Shown one piece after another: positions 1 through 11,321 of a stretch of 64,000 nucleotides of DNA. The notes below the pieces were generated by a model that had not been told where the DNA came from, searched no databases, and worked only from the letters and a program-made list of their open reading frames with translations. Source of the stretch: a candidate division FCPU426 bacterium. GTDB taxonomy: Bacteria; Oederibacteriota; Muellerivitia; Muellerivitales; Muellerivitaceae. The translations under genes were made by a program, and so were the position numbers. The stretch covers positions 32,001-96,000 of the forward strand of contig CAWHOE010000019.1 in NCBI GenBank assembly GCA_963830915.1, read 5' to 3'. Each line of letters starts with the position of its first letter. Position 1 is the stretch's first letter.

Positions 1-1
1 A

Positions 2-871
2 CCGCCGAAAACATACCGAATCCTCATAACGGGAGATTCCAAAGTTTATTCCGCGCCAGCCATGAACGAGGATACGACCCATTCCAAGATGGTTTTTACT
101 TATACAAAACAGTTGGAACTCATGTTGAACACCCAGGCGGCTTTGGACGGGATGGATATCCATTTCGAGGTTTTGAACATGGGGCGCGGAGGTTCCGCCA
201 TCAGCACGTACCTTTATGATGAGGGCCCTTTGCTTGTGGAAAAATACGACATTGATTTGGTACTCGGGGAGGCCATACTTTCTTGCTTCCAGAATTATTT
301 CACCAATCCCATGCGGCCTATCGGGATCCCTTCTATGGGAGTGGATCCTGAGTTTCTTCTCAAACCAATAACTTCCCGCGTTCCCGAGGGCGCTCCGGCC
401 CGCTTTTATCAACGCGCGAAAGAAAAAGGTTTCCTTCAAGATGGGCTTCCAATCATTCCTTCTTACACTTCTTTTCTAGGAGATGAGGTCATGCGCAAGG
501 CGGTGGTGGAGATGGATGGGAAACCGCTCAAATTATTCAATGAAAAGCTTCAAACCATGAAAACCAAACAAGGAACCACTCCAAAGTTCTTGGTTTTTTT
601 CACGCCCACGAGATTTTTTGACAATAACGATATGGTTGAATTTTTTTGGAAGGATGTTTGCGACCAATATGGAATTTCTTTTCTGGATCTGACGCCCGCT
701 TATAACTCCTTGAATACAGCTTTTTATCCGAACAACGAGGCGTGTTGTTCAAATCATTATTTGGTTTATGGGAACACCCTCATCGCTTACCTTTTGACAC
801 ATTATTTGGTCAGCCAAAAATGGATACCTTACAGGAACGCGGCGGAGTCGCCTTACAAAGTAAACAAATAA
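2..871 (+). CDS. 5'-truncated SGNH/GDSL-like protein (paralog 1 of the NHL-SGNH array)
   Basis: Frame is open from window position 2 (PPKTYRILITGDSKVY...), giving a canonical GDS block I. Also has FEVLNMG, YDIDLV and a C-terminal His (SNHY). Similar to the C-halves of the downstream paralogs. Confidence 0.8.
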   Translation, partial: PPKTYRILITGDSKVYSAPAMNEDTTHSKMVFTYTKQLELMLNTQAALDGMDIHFEVLNMGRGGSAISTYLYDEGPLLVEKYDIDLVLGEAILSCFQNYFTNPMRPIGIPSMGVDPEFLLKPITSRVPEGAPARFYQRAKEKGFLQDGLPIIPSYTSFLGDEVMRKAVVEMDGKPLKLFNEKLQTMKTKQGTTPKFLVFFTPTRFFDNNDMVEFFWKDVCDQYGISFLDLTPAYNSLNTAFYPNNEACCSNHYLVYGNTLIAYLLTHYLVSQKWIPYRNAAESPYKVNK

Positions 872-1065
872 AACCAACACACCATGTTTTGATGACGCCT
901 GAAATATTAAAAACCATTCAATTGAGTGAAAACAGAACGCTTTTTTGAACCTTTGAAAATTTAATATGAGTCATGGGATCGGTCTGGTTGGAATGCGAAA
1001 ATCTTGATAAAATATCTCGAGAATTTTTGAGCCCATTCCTATTTTGAAGCGTTTAAAGGATAAAA

Positions 1066-3081
1066 ATGAAAAAGAGTTTCATGGGCTCTGGTTTTCTCCT
1101 TGCCCTTTTTCTACCCTTCTCGTCATCAGTTTTCGCATTGAGCCCCATGGTCCAATTTCAGGACCTGGTGGCAGGAGAAGGGGATGCCGGGTTCGAGGAC
1201 GGGGCCTTCTATTCCGCCCGGTTCAACCTTCCTAGCGGATTATGCTTGAATGAAGATGGTTCTGTTTTATATGTGGCGGATTCGTCGAACAACCGCATTC
1301 GCGCCATCTTTTTGGACAAGAAAAATGAGGTCGAAACCCTCGCCGGAACAGGTAAAACAGGACGGATCGACGGCCCCCTTTCTATAGCTTCCTTCAATCA
1401 TCCTACGGCTCTGGCTGCGCTTCCAGACGCAAAAATAGCCGTCAATGACCTGGGGAATAATCTGATTCGATTGATCGACTTAAAAAACGAGACAGTTTCA
1501 ACATTGGCGGAAGTAAGCAGTCCCTTCAATATGGCCTACTTGCCATCCGATCAGAGTCTTTATTTCTCCCAACCTGGTTCAGGTACTCTTTCAAAACTTG
1601 ATCTGAAAACACACCTCGTCGAAACCATATTAATCAACAATCCTCTGTTACCCCGCCCGGCCGCCCTGTGCGTTTCGGATGGGAAGCTATTTTTGGCCGA
1701 CCTCATCCTCCCGGGGGTTTATGAGCTTCAAATGGAGATGAAAAAGCCGGAGGTGTCCCAGGCAAAGCCCCTGAACTCCACTCCGATCCCCACGGCGACC
1801 CCGATACTTTCCGTTTCATTGAGAACTGTGGGTTCAGCCCATAAAGTTCTCGCGTTGGCTGGGTTGGGGAAATCCCTTTACGCATTCCAAGCTGACACTA
1901 AGGAGCCCATTTTTAGACTTTATCCGGACTCGGCGCCGATCACTTTCGTTTCGATTTGGGGCGACCAACTCTTAAATCCGGAACCCGGCAATCTTTTAAG
2001 ACAATTCCAGGGGATAACCAACTGGGAACGAGCCGGGTTTATCGCTGATACCCGATCTGAAGGGCGTTATTACCTTACGAATCCTTCCTATGGAATCATC
2101 TCCACTTTCCGGGACTTGCGGTTCGCTGAACGTCTCCGCCCAAGCGAATCGGTGAACAGCGGAGGTATTGTCGATTTTGAGTATCCCTTAATAAAACCAG
2201 CACATACATTTCGGATTCTTTTAGTTGGAAGATCGTACCTTTTCTATACGGCTGATGATCATAAGTTCGAGAAACCAGGATTAGAAGCCGAGAGTGTTAA
2301 TCTTATGGATACTCTTGCGAACCGAATGCAACTCTACTTGAACACAAGGGCTGCTCTTGAGGACGTATCTTTACATTTTGAGGTCTTCAACGGTGGTATG
2401 CACCACGCCAACAATGAGATGAATGTTTGGTCTTATTATGTCGTTCCGCCCATAGTAAAAAAATATGATGTGGATCTTGTGGTGTTACTGAAAGACCCGG
2501 GTTTGGGATTTAACGTTTATTTTCAGTCGCCTTTGGATTCGCAGGGAGTGCCTGTCGACCGATACGATCCTGAGTTTGATCTTTTACCCAACTCGAAGAA
2601 ATTTAAATCCGGCACTCTGCATGACTTTTTTGAACTCTGTAAGACCAAAAAAATGATGCAGCCATTGGCCGAAAATCAATGGGTTTTTCCAGACATAGAC
2701 AGCATGGTCGCTGATCCTGAAATAGAAAAAAACATGATCAATATAATTGGCACTCCACTCAGGCTATTACGCAAAAAAATGGATTCTATGGGTGTCGGAG
2801 AACAACATCCGCGACTTGTTTATTGTTATTTCCCTATTTCTCAAGCTGTTACGTCAAGAGGCCAGAGAACTTTTTGGAAAGACTTATCCCGTGACGCCGG
2901 AGTATCTTTTTTAGATCTTTGTGACGACTTGACTGTTCTGGGGATGACATATTATCCGTATTCTGCAACCATGGGATCCGATCACTTTACCGTGAACGGC
3001 ATGAATGTTTTCAGTACGGTTTTGGCTTTTGAATTAATCCAGAATAAAATTATCCCATTCGAGAAAACAGCCGCGAAGTGA
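1066..3081 (+). CDS. Secreted NHL-repeat + SGNH-like protein (paralog 2)
   Basis: Signal peptide then ALSPMVQFQDLVAGEG; NHL motifs (LYVADSSNNRIR, LAGTG..G..DGP); RILLVGRS, EVFNGG, YDVDLV, SDHF. Confidence 0.85.
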   Translation: MKKSFMGSGFLLALFLPFSSSVFALSPMVQFQDLVAGEGDAGFEDGAFYSARFNLPSGLCLNEDGSVLYVADSSNNRIRAIFLDKKNEVETLAGTGKTGRIDGPLSIASFNHPTALAALPDAKIAVNDLGNNLIRLIDLKNETVSTLAEVSSPFNMAYLPSDQSLYFSQPGSGTLSKLDLKTHLVETILINNPLLPRPAALCVSDGKLFLADLILPGVYELQMEMKKPEVSQAKPLNSTPIPTATPILSVSLRTVGSAHKVLALAGLGKSLYAFQADTKEPIFRLYPDSAPITFVSIWGDQLLNPEPGNLLRQFQGITNWERAGFIADTRSEGRYYLTNPSYGIISTFRDLRFAERLRPSESVNSGGIVDFEYPLIKPAHTFRILLVGRSYLFYTADDHKFEKPGLEAESVNLMDTLANRMQLYLNTRAALEDVSLHFEVFNGGMHHANNEMNVWSYYVVPPIVKKYDVDLVVLLKDPGLGFNVYFQSPLDSQGVPVDRYDPEFDLLPNSKKFKSGTLHDFFELCKTKKMMQPLAENQWVFPDIDSMVADPEIEKNMINIIGTPLRLLRKKMDSMGVGEQHPRLVYCYFPISQAVTSRGQRTFWKDLSRDAGVSFLDLCDDLTVLGMTYYPYSATMGSDHFTVNGMNVFSTVLAFELIQNKIIPFEKTAAK

Positions 3082-3221
3082 ATTTTGGCGCAATAATAAA
3101 TCGTCACTATTCAAGGAAGCGGTTTATTGCGTTCAATATATATTATGAATCCACGAGATTTATATTGTAATAAAGATGATTGTGATCTTGGTCTGAGAAA
3201 GTTAAGGGGGGGACAGTTTTA

Positions 3222-4013
3222 ATGCGTGAAAAAAAAACTGGAAATAAAATGGGAAGTTACAAAGGGCAAAATCCTGCGCAAAAAATGGGTCGCTCTAACA
3301 AAATGTTGTTTTCTGGTCGGGTTGATTTTGAAAAACATAAGGATATCTATCGCGAGGAAGTCCAGGGATCCATTTCGTTTATTGGAAAGGATGTTGATTT
3401 TTTCACGGCGGTCAAGGCCCGCCAACTGAGGTATTTAGCGGAAAAATATGTGGGTAAACCTTCGGGTTTGAAAGTATTGGATGTGGGTTGCGGTATCGGC
3501 TTGACGGACCGATTCTTGGCGGGACATTTTGGCAAGGTTTACGGGGTCGATGTCGCCAAAGGGTTGGTTAGAAAAGCCAAGGAAATAAACCCCTCCGCTG
3601 AGTATCGTTCGTACAAGGGAAAGGTTTTGCCCTATCCGGACAGTTCCATGGATATCACCTTCGCGATTTGTGTTCTGCACCATGTCCCGCCCGAGCAGCA
3701 TGACGATTTCATGGGGGAACTTCAGCGGGTCACCAAAGAGAACGGCCTCATCGTCATTTTTGAGCATAATCCAGTGAATCCATTGACCATCTACGCCGTC
3801 AGCCGATGCCGTTTGGATGACGACGCCATTCTCCTATCCATGGGGAAAACCCATCGTTTGATCACGACGCGGAACCTGCCGATCGTGGAGAAGGGATATA
3901 TACTATTCACGCCTTTTCGCGGGGCAGTCTTTACCCTTTTAGACAGGGCGCTGAGTTGGCTTCCGTTGGGCGCCCAGTATTACGTGGCCGGTATCAAAAA
4001 AGGCTCTCGCTGA
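3222..4013 (+). CDS. Class I SAM-dependent methyltransferase
   Basis: VLDVGCGIG motif I, GVDV, LHHV, IFEHNP. True start may be a later Met. Confidence 0.9.
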   Translation: MREKKTGNKMGSYKGQNPAQKMGRSNKMLFSGRVDFEKHKDIYREEVQGSISFIGKDVDFFTAVKARQLRYLAEKYVGKPSGLKVLDVGCGIGLTDRFLAGHFGKVYGVDVAKGLVRKAKEINPSAEYRSYKGKVLPYPDSSMDITFAICVLHHVPPEQHDDFMGELQRVTKENGLIVIFEHNPVNPLTIYAVSRCRLDDDAILLSMGKTHRLITTRNLPIVEKGYILFTPFRGAVFTLLDRALSWLPLGAQYYVAGIKKGSR

Positions 4014-4047
4014 CCCTGCCGAGTCGATCTACCGAGAAAGGTTCGAT

Positions 4048-6089
4048 ATGAAAAAGATCTCGATCGTTTTGGCGTTTCTTGCCCTTCTGAGTTTTAGTCC
4101 TGCCTTCGTATCCGCCTTGAGCCCCATCATCCAATTCCAGGATCTGGTAGCGGGAAATGGGAACCGGGGTTTTGAAGATGGCGCTTTTTACTCCGCCAGG
4201 TTCGACCATCCCTATGGCATGGCGCTTAATCTCGATGGATCAATTCTCTATTTAGCGGACCAATCGAATAATCGTATCCGGGTCATTTATTTGGATAAGA
4301 AAAACCAGGTCGAGACCCTGGCCGGGACAGGGGTCGCGGGCAGGCAGGATGGACCCGTATCCACCGCGACATTCAACGAACCCACAGCCTTGGCCTATTT
4401 GCCTGGGGATAAACTGGCTATCTATGATCTGGGAAATAGCCTTATCCGGCTTCTGGATCTCAAAACGCTGAATGTTTCGACCCTGGCGGGCGGTGGAAAC
4501 GTTTCTGCCGATTCGGCGGACGCGGCGCAAGTAGGGTTGGGCCAGATATGGAACCTGGTTTATTCTTCCCTGGATCAGAACCTATATTTTACCCAGCCGG
4601 ATGAAGGGCTCTTGAGGAAATTGAATATTAAGACCAACCGGATCGAGACGGTTCTTAAGGGGGACCCTCTCGCGCCTCATCCTGGCGCGTTGGCATTCGT
4701 GGATGGAAAACTTTATTTGGCCGACCAAAAACTCCCTCAAGTCTATGAAGTGCAAATGAAGGCCGGACCGGCGGTGGCGCCGATCACGCCGACCGTGACG
4801 CCCACCTTTGCCCCTCTGGCGGAATTAAAGGAAGTCGGCAAGGGAGTGACTATCCTCGCTTTGGCCGGTAATAAAGACGCTTTGTACGCCTATCAGTTCG
4901 ACCCTTCCGCGCCGATCGCGCGGATATTCCCAAGCCCCGGGCCCATCACTTTTTCCTCGGTGTGGGGATATAACTTGTGGAACCCAGCGCCGGGCGACTT
5001 GCTGCCTCATTTTCAGAATGTGAATTCATTCGACCATATCGGATTCATCCCGGATACACGAAACGACGGGAGGTTTTATCTGACGAATCCCTCTCATTCG
5101 GTCGTTTGGGCCTTCCGGGATTCGCGCTTAAGAGGTCATGACGACCATACCAGCGGCGAGGATCTGGGGAATAGCGGTGGTATTCATGATCTGGAATATT
5201 CCTTCAAAAAGCCGCCTGGGACCTACCGGGATCCTTCTCGTGGGGCGTTCTTACCTTTATTGGACGGCGAACGATAAGAAATTCGAGCAGAAAGAAACCA
5301 TCCCCGAAAATTCCAACCTGATGATCACGATCGCCAAGCGGTTGGAACTTTTATTGAATACCCAGGCGGCGCTGGAGGACAAACCCCTCCATTACGAGGT
5401 GTTGAACGGGGGGATGCACCATGCCACGAACGACATGAATACCTTTCCGTATTATGTCGTGCCGCCGCTCGTCAAGAAATATGACATTGACCTGGTGGTG
5501 TTCCTGCGGGATCCGGCGTTCGGGTTCGAGTACTATTTTCAATCGCCCCTGACCTCTGAGGGGGTACCTGGCGGACCATTATGATCCCGAGTTCGCGGTC
5601 AAACCCAACAAGGACAAATTCAAGCCCGGGCCCATTCGCGATTTTTTTGACCTGTGCAGAAAAAAGAAAATGATGAACGAGGTCTCGAACACCCTTTGGG
5701 TATTCCCGGATATCACCGGGATGATCCGGGACCCTGAGGTGCGGGAAGGGATGTTCTCGATCATCGGGAAACCGCTTGGAATGCTCAAGCAAAAGCTGGA
5801 AAAGAACGGGAATTGTCGAATGGTTTTCGGATATATGCCGACCGCTGAGATGAACCCATTCGCCGACCCGGACAAAAGGTCCTTTTGGAAAGATCTTTGC
5901 GACAGGGAAAAAATCCCCTTCTTCGATTTGTCGGACGATTTTGTGGCCCTGGGATTTACCTATTTTCCCTATTCGGGGAGCGCCGGTTCGGGCCATTTAA
6001 CGACGGAGGGTATGTCCTTTGTCGGCATGCTGGTGGCCCATGAATTGATCGCCCACAAATACATCCCGTTCGATTCGACGAACCCGTAA
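4048..6089 (+). CDS. Secreted NHL-repeat + SGNH-like protein (paralog 3), split by two 1-nt frameshifts
   Basis: ORFs 4048-5277, 5138-5584 and 5670-6089 join into one paralog if one extra G is removed near 5230 (TYRILLVGRS) and one near 5570 (VPADHYDPEF). Confidence 0.8.
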
Positions 6090-6090
6090 A

Positions 6091-8160
6091 ATGGCATCTA
6101 TGTCCCATTGTTCAAGAATCGCGTTCCTTCTTGGTCTTATATTCCCGCTTTTAATCCCCGCTGGCGCTCGCGCCCTGACCCCGGTCGTCCAGTACCAGGA
6201 CCTGGTGGCGGGGGAAGGCGCGCCCGGCTTCGAAGACGGGGACTTTTATTCCGCTCGATTCAATTATCCCATGGGTCTGGCCCTCAACACGGATGGTTCG
6301 ATCCTATACGTGGCCGATTTTCTGAACAACCGAATACGAGCGGTCCTCCTGGATAAAAAAAACGAGGTGGAAACCATCGCCGGGACAGGGGAGATGGGGA
6401 AAAAAGACGGGCCTGTCTCACTGGCGACTTTTTACCAACCCGCCTCCTTGGCTTGGCTGACCGGGGATGGTATCGCTGTCAGCGATCAGGGGAATCGGTT
6501 GATCCGGATGATCGATTTGAAAACAATGAACGTATCCACGATCGCCGGAGGCGGCTTGACGGGGAAACAGGATGGGGATGCGCTTCAAACCCAGATGTAC
6601 CCCGCGCGAGACCTGGTTTATGACCCGGTCGGGAACTATCTCTATTTTACTCAGCCGGAAGCGGGCGCGTTGCGCCGGTTGAACTTGAATACCCATTGGA
6701 TCGAAACGGTTTTAAAGGACAATGTTCAGGTACCCAATCCGGCCTCTCTTTGCCTGGCCGATGGAAAACTTTACTTGGCGGATAAAACCCTTCCCTCGAT
6801 CTATCAACTCAAGATAAAAGAGGGGAAAAAAGAGGCGGCACCCGAAGCGAAAAAAACAACATCGACTGTCGCAGCCCCGGCTGTGATCCCGGCGTTTGAA
6901 ATTGGTCTTGAGCGGGTGGGCCAAGGGCAAAGCATCATCGCTCTAACGGGGATGGATCAATCCCTCTATTGCTATCAAGCGGATCCTCAGGCGCCTATCA
7001 TCCGGATCTTCCCCAATCCCATGGGGGTGACCTTTGTATCGGTATGGGGGGATATCTTGATGAATCCTTCGGCGGCGCAATTACTTCCCCAGTTCGAGGG
7101 GGTGGGGGCGGGGGCGCAAGTTGGTTTCATCCCCGATCCTCGTTCCAAACGCCGTTTTTATGTGTCCAATCCGGCGATGTCGATAGTTTCTTCCTTTAGG
7201 GACTTGAGCATGTACACCGTTCATAGTTGCTATAATAACAGCCTCCGCATGACCGAGTTCGAATACCCCTATGAAAAACCCAAAGGAACTACCAGGATCA
7301 TGTTGGCCGGCAGATCGGTCATCTATTGGGGGGTCAACGATCATCAATTCGAACAGAAGAATCCAGCGGCCGAGGACGGCAACATCATGATCACGCTGGC
7401 CAAAAAGGTGGAACTGACACTGAACACCCAAGCGGCTTTGAATGACGTTCCGGGACATTTTGAGGTGTTCAACGCTGGCATGATCCAATCTCATCAGCTT
7501 TATGTCTGGCCTTATTATACCCTGGCCCCGATCGCCCAAAAATATGGTCTGGACTATCTGGTCATTATGATGGACTCGGGAACCTCATTGGCCTCCTATT
7601 TCCAATCCCCTGTGACGCCGGAAGGCGTCCCGGCAGAGTTCACGGACCCGGAATTCGTGGCTAAACCCGACTCTGAAAAATTCAAGACCGGCCCCCTTCA
7701 CGAACTTTTCGAAGTTTGTAAGAAGAAAAAAATGATCGATAACGAGCTCAAACCGGATTGGGTTATTCCTCCGTTGGGGACCATGGCGGCTGATCCGGAT
7801 GTGAGGGAAAAATTGGTCGATGTTTTGTCCCCCGCTTTTCAAGCGATCGAAGGAAAACTACGTTCAACAGCGGCTGGGGAGGGGAAGTCATGCCGTTTAG
7901 CCGTGTGTTTTTTCCCTCTTTCCATCGACACGCTCGATACAAAACCCTTGAGAACTTTGTGGAAGGAGATTTGTGTCAAGAACGATATGCCTTTCCTTGA
8001 TCTAACGGACGATTTCACCGTTTTGCGACCGACCTATTCCCCCTATAACGAGATCGGGGATGTTCATTTCACGGCTAATGGGCTAGGTCTATTTAGTACG
8101 ATCTTTGTTCATGAACTTATCAAGAGTAAATTGATACCTTTTGAAGCGATGAAACCATGA
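6091..8160 (+). CDS. Secreted NHL-repeat + SGNH-like protein (paralog 4)
   Basis: ALTPVVQYQDLVAGEG, NHL motifs, RIMLAGRS, GDVHF. Confidence 0.85.
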   Translation: MASMSHCSRIAFLLGLIFPLLIPAGARALTPVVQYQDLVAGEGAPGFEDGDFYSARFNYPMGLALNTDGSILYVADFLNNRIRAVLLDKKNEVETIAGTGEMGKKDGPVSLATFYQPASLAWLTGDGIAVSDQGNRLIRMIDLKTMNVSTIAGGGLTGKQDGDALQTQMYPARDLVYDPVGNYLYFTQPEAGALRRLNLNTHWIETVLKDNVQVPNPASLCLADGKLYLADKTLPSIYQLKIKEGKKEAAPEAKKTTSTVAAPAVIPAFEIGLERVGQGQSIIALTGMDQSLYCYQADPQAPIIRIFPNPMGVTFVSVWGDILMNPSAAQLLPQFEGVGAGAQVGFIPDPRSKRRFYVSNPAMSIVSSFRDLSMYTVHSCYNNSLRMTEFEYPYEKPKGTTRIMLAGRSVIYWGVNDHQFEQKNPAAEDGNIMITLAKKVELTLNTQAALNDVPGHFEVFNAGMIQSHQLYVWPYYTLAPIAQKYGLDYLVIMMDSGTSLASYFQSPVTPEGVPAEFTDPEFVAKPDSEKFKTGPLHELFEVCKKKKMIDNELKPDWVIPPLGTMAADPDVREKLVDVLSPAFQAIEGKLRSTAAGEGKSCRLAVCFFPLSIDTLDTKPLRTLWKEICVKNDMPFLDLTDDFTVLRPTYSPYNEIGDVHFTANGLGLFSTIFVHELIKSKLIPFEAMKP

Positions 8161-8207
8161 CATGCCATAGAAAAATCTAAAATCAATTAGGTAAGGGAAA
8201 ATTTGAA

Positions 8208-10286
8208 ATGAAAAAGATCTCGATGGGTATGGCTTTTCTTATCCTTTGGATCATATTTCCGTCCATTGTGTCCGCCCTAAGTCCTATCGTTCAATTCCAG
8301 GACCTGGTGGCGGGGGAGGGACCATCGGGCTTCGCGGATGGCCCTTTTTACACGGCCCAGTTCGACCATCCTTGTGGTTTGGCGCTGGATCCGGACGGCA
8401 CCCACCTTTATGTGGCGGACCAGTCGAACAATCGTGTCCGTGTCATCCGATTGGATAACAAGAACGAGGTTCAAACCATCGCCGGAACGGGTGAATTGGG
8501 TAAAAAAGATGGTCCGGTTTCCCTGGCTTCTTTCTTCCAACCGAACGCGCTGGCCTGGCTTCCGGGCGGCCGGATCGCGGTCAACGACCAGGGGAACCGA
8601 TCGATCCGATCGATCGACCTTAAAAGCGGGACGGTTACCACCTTAGTGGGAGGGGCTTCGGCTGGACTGGAAGAAGGGGAAGGCCCGAAGGTCCAACTCG
8701 GGGACATTTGGAACATGGTTTATCTTCCTTCGGACGAACATCTTTATTTTTCACAGCCGGGCGCTGGCGTTCTCTCCAGGCTGGACCTGAAAACCGATCG
8801 TGTCGAGACCGTCATGAAGGCCAACGCTCAAGCGCCGAACCCGGCGGCTCTTTGCGTCTCGGATGGGAAGCTGTACTTGGCCGACCAAAAACTGGGTAAG
8901 ATATTCGAGGTCCAAGTCGTCGCGACAAAGACCGTTCCTTCTTCGGACAAGACACCCGCCTTGGCGACCCGGACGCCAGGGTTGACACCCATACCGACCT
9001 CGGTTCCCACGATGGCCGTCAGCATGCAATCCGTGGGACAGGCTCAGACCGTCATCGCCTTGGCAGGGTCCGGCAAGTCCCTTTACGCCTACCAGGCTGA
9101 CCCGGAAGCCCCGATCTTACGGGTATTTCCTGACTCCGGGCCCCTAACCTTTGTAACGGTCTGGCCGGGGGGGAGCAACGCGATCAAACATCCGGCTGCT
9201 TTCATGCCGCATTTCAGGGGAACGGGAAAGGACAGCCGGGTTGGTTTTGTTGGGGATCCCCGATCATCGATGCGTTTTTATGTTAGTAATCCAACTCTTT
9301 CGAACATCTGTAGTTTCCGCGACCTGAGGCTGAACAGCGTGGCGGGATCCAGTAATTCTGGAGGAATGGGTGATTACGATTATCCTTTCGCCAAACCAAT
9401 CGGTACTTACAGGATCTTATTGCTGGGCCGTTCTTACCTTTGTTATGTGACCCCAAACGCCGATGAGCAAAAATGCATGCCCTGCGCGGACAACAAAATG
9501 GCGGTCCTCGCGAAAAGGTTGGAGCTGACATTGAATACACTCGGCGCGTTGGAGGATTCTCCATTCCATTACGAGGTGTTCGACGGGTCAAAGGTCATGG
9601 ACCAACCGCTTTATCTATGGCCCTATTATGTGGATCCTCCTATCGTTCAAAAATATGACATCGACCTGACAATTGTCATGATGGATCCTAGTCAGGCCCT
9701 GAACACCTATTTCGTTTCGCCGATAAATTCAGAAGGTATCCCTACGGAAATGATCAATTACGATTTCATGCTCAAACCCAACGAGGAAAAGTTCAAGTCC
9801 GGCCCTTTGCATGATTTCTTTGAACTTTGCAAGGCCAAGAAACTGATCTCTATCTCAGCCGATAAGCAATGGGCTTTATCCGATTTAAACGCCATGGTTG
9901 CGGACCCGGAAGTCCGAAAGCCCCTTGTCGATCTCATCGGGAAACCGTTGGAAATGTTCCGGGAAAAACTGGACGCGATCCAAACTGCGTCTGGGAATTC
10001 ACACCATCTATTGTTGTGCTTGTTTCCAGTAACCGATGTTTATGACGGTGACCCTTTCGTCACAAAGGGGCAAAGACTATTTTGGAAAGAGCTGTGCCTG
10101 GCCAAGAAGATACCTTTCCTGGATATTTGCGACGATTTTAACGCGTTGCGTTTCACTTGTTTCCCGATCGCCGGCGACGATGGCGGAGACCATTTTGACG
10201 CTAATGGACACACGTTATTGAACACCGTTTTATCCCACGCCTTATTGAAGCAAAAATTGATCCCCTTCGAGGCTACCAAACCGTAG
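8208..10286 (+). CDS. Secreted NHL-repeat + SGNH-like protein (paralog 5)
   Basis: ALSPIVQFQDLVAGEG, NHL motifs, RILLLGRS, GGDHF. Confidence 0.85.
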   Translation: MKKISMGMAFLILWIIFPSIVSALSPIVQFQDLVAGEGPSGFADGPFYTAQFDHPCGLALDPDGTHLYVADQSNNRVRVIRLDNKNEVQTIAGTGELGKKDGPVSLASFFQPNALAWLPGGRIAVNDQGNRSIRSIDLKSGTVTTLVGGASAGLEEGEGPKVQLGDIWNMVYLPSDEHLYFSQPGAGVLSRLDLKTDRVETVMKANAQAPNPAALCVSDGKLYLADQKLGKIFEVQVVATKTVPSSDKTPALATRTPGLTPIPTSVPTMAVSMQSVGQAQTVIALAGSGKSLYAYQADPEAPILRVFPDSGPLTFVTVWPGGSNAIKHPAAFMPHFRGTGKDSRVGFVGDPRSSMRFYVSNPTLSNICSFRDLRLNSVAGSSNSGGMGDYDYPFAKPIGTYRILLLGRSYLCYVTPNADEQKCMPCADNKMAVLAKRLELTLNTLGALEDSPFHYEVFDGSKVMDQPLYLWPYYVDPPIVQKYDIDLTIVMMDPSQALNTYFVSPINSEGIPTEMINYDFMLKPNEEKFKSGPLHDFFELCKAKKLISISADKQWALSDLNAMVADPEVRKPLVDLIGKPLEMFREKLDAIQTASGNSHHLLLCLFPVTDVYDGDPFVTKGQRLFWKELCLAKKIPFLDICDDFNALRFTCFPIAGDDGGDHFDANGHTLLNTVLSHALLKQKLIPFEATKP

Positions 10287-10319
10287 GATCGTCGAAAAAA
10301 CCTTGGAACGAGGTGAAAA

Positions 10320-11318
10320 ATGAAACTCAAAGGCAAGAAGATCCTGGTGACGGGAGCGGACGGCTTCATCGGAAGCCACTTGACCGAAGCCCTGGTGGAC
10401 CGAGGGTATGACGTCAGGGCATTCGTCTATTACAACTCGTTCAATAGCTGGGGCTGGCTGGACAGCTTTCCCAAGAATAAACTGAAAAAGATCGATGTTT
10501 TTCCGGGCGATGTCAGGGACCCCAACGGGGTCGAAAAGGCCATGAGGGATTGCGATGTGGTCTTTCATTTGGCCGCCTTGATCGCCATACCCTTTTCCTA
10601 CCATTCGCCCGATTCCTACGTGGATACCAACATCAAGGGAACCCTCAACATCCTTCAAGCGGCAAAGAAACTGAAGGTCAAGAGACTGTTGGTCACCTCG
10701 ACATCCGAGGTCTATGGCACCGCCCAGTATGTCCCTATCGATGAAAAACATCCTTATCAGGGGCAGTCGCCCTATAGCGCCACCAAGATCGGGGCGGACC
10801 GCCTGGCCGAGTCCTTCTGGCGGTCCTTCAACCTGCCTTTGGTCATCGTTCGTCCCTTCAATACTTATGGTCCCCGGCAGTCGGCCCGGGCCATCATCCC
10901 CACCGTCCTGACCCAGCTATTGACCGGGGTCAAAAAGATACAGCTGGGCAACCTGGAACCTACCCGGGACTTCAATTACGTCAAGGACGTGGCGGAGGCC
11001 TTCATCCGTATCGCCGAGGCGGACAAGGCCCTGGGAGAGGAGATCAATATCGCCTCCAACCAGGAAATATCCATCGGACAGCTGGCCGAACTGCTCATCC
11101 GGCTGACCAAAAGCAAGGCCAAGGTGGAGAAGGACCGGCAAAGGGTGAGGCCTGAGAAGTCCGAAGTGGAACGTCTTTGGGGAAGCAACGGAAAGCTCTA
11201 TTCATTGACCGATTGGCGCCCCAAATGGGACCTGGAAGCGGGGTTGAAAGAGACCCTGGAATGGTTCAAACGGTCTGAAAACCTCTCCCGCTACAAAGCC
11301 TGGCTGTATAATCTTTAG
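10320..11318 (+). CDS. NDP-sugar 4,6-dehydratase/epimerase (LegB-like extended SDR)
   Basis: TGADGFIGSHL, HLAALIAIPFSY, TSTSEVYG, YSATK, RPFNTYGPRQS. Confidence 0.9.
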   Translation: MKLKGKKILVTGADGFIGSHLTEALVDRGYDVRAFVYYNSFNSWGWLDSFPKNKLKKIDVFPGDVRDPNGVEKAMRDCDVVFHLAALIAIPFSYHSPDSYVDTNIKGTLNILQAAKKLKVKRLLVTSTSEVYGTAQYVPIDEKHPYQGQSPYSATKIGADRLAESFWRSFNLPLVIVRPFNTYGPRQSARAIIPTVLTQLLTGVKKIQLGNLEPTRDFNYVKDVAEAFIRIAEADKALGEEINIASNQEISIGQLAELLIRLTKSKAKVEKDRQRVRPEKSEVERLWGSNGKLYSLTDWRPKWDLEAGLKETLEWFKRSENLSRYKAWLYNL

Positions 11319-11321
11319 ACC

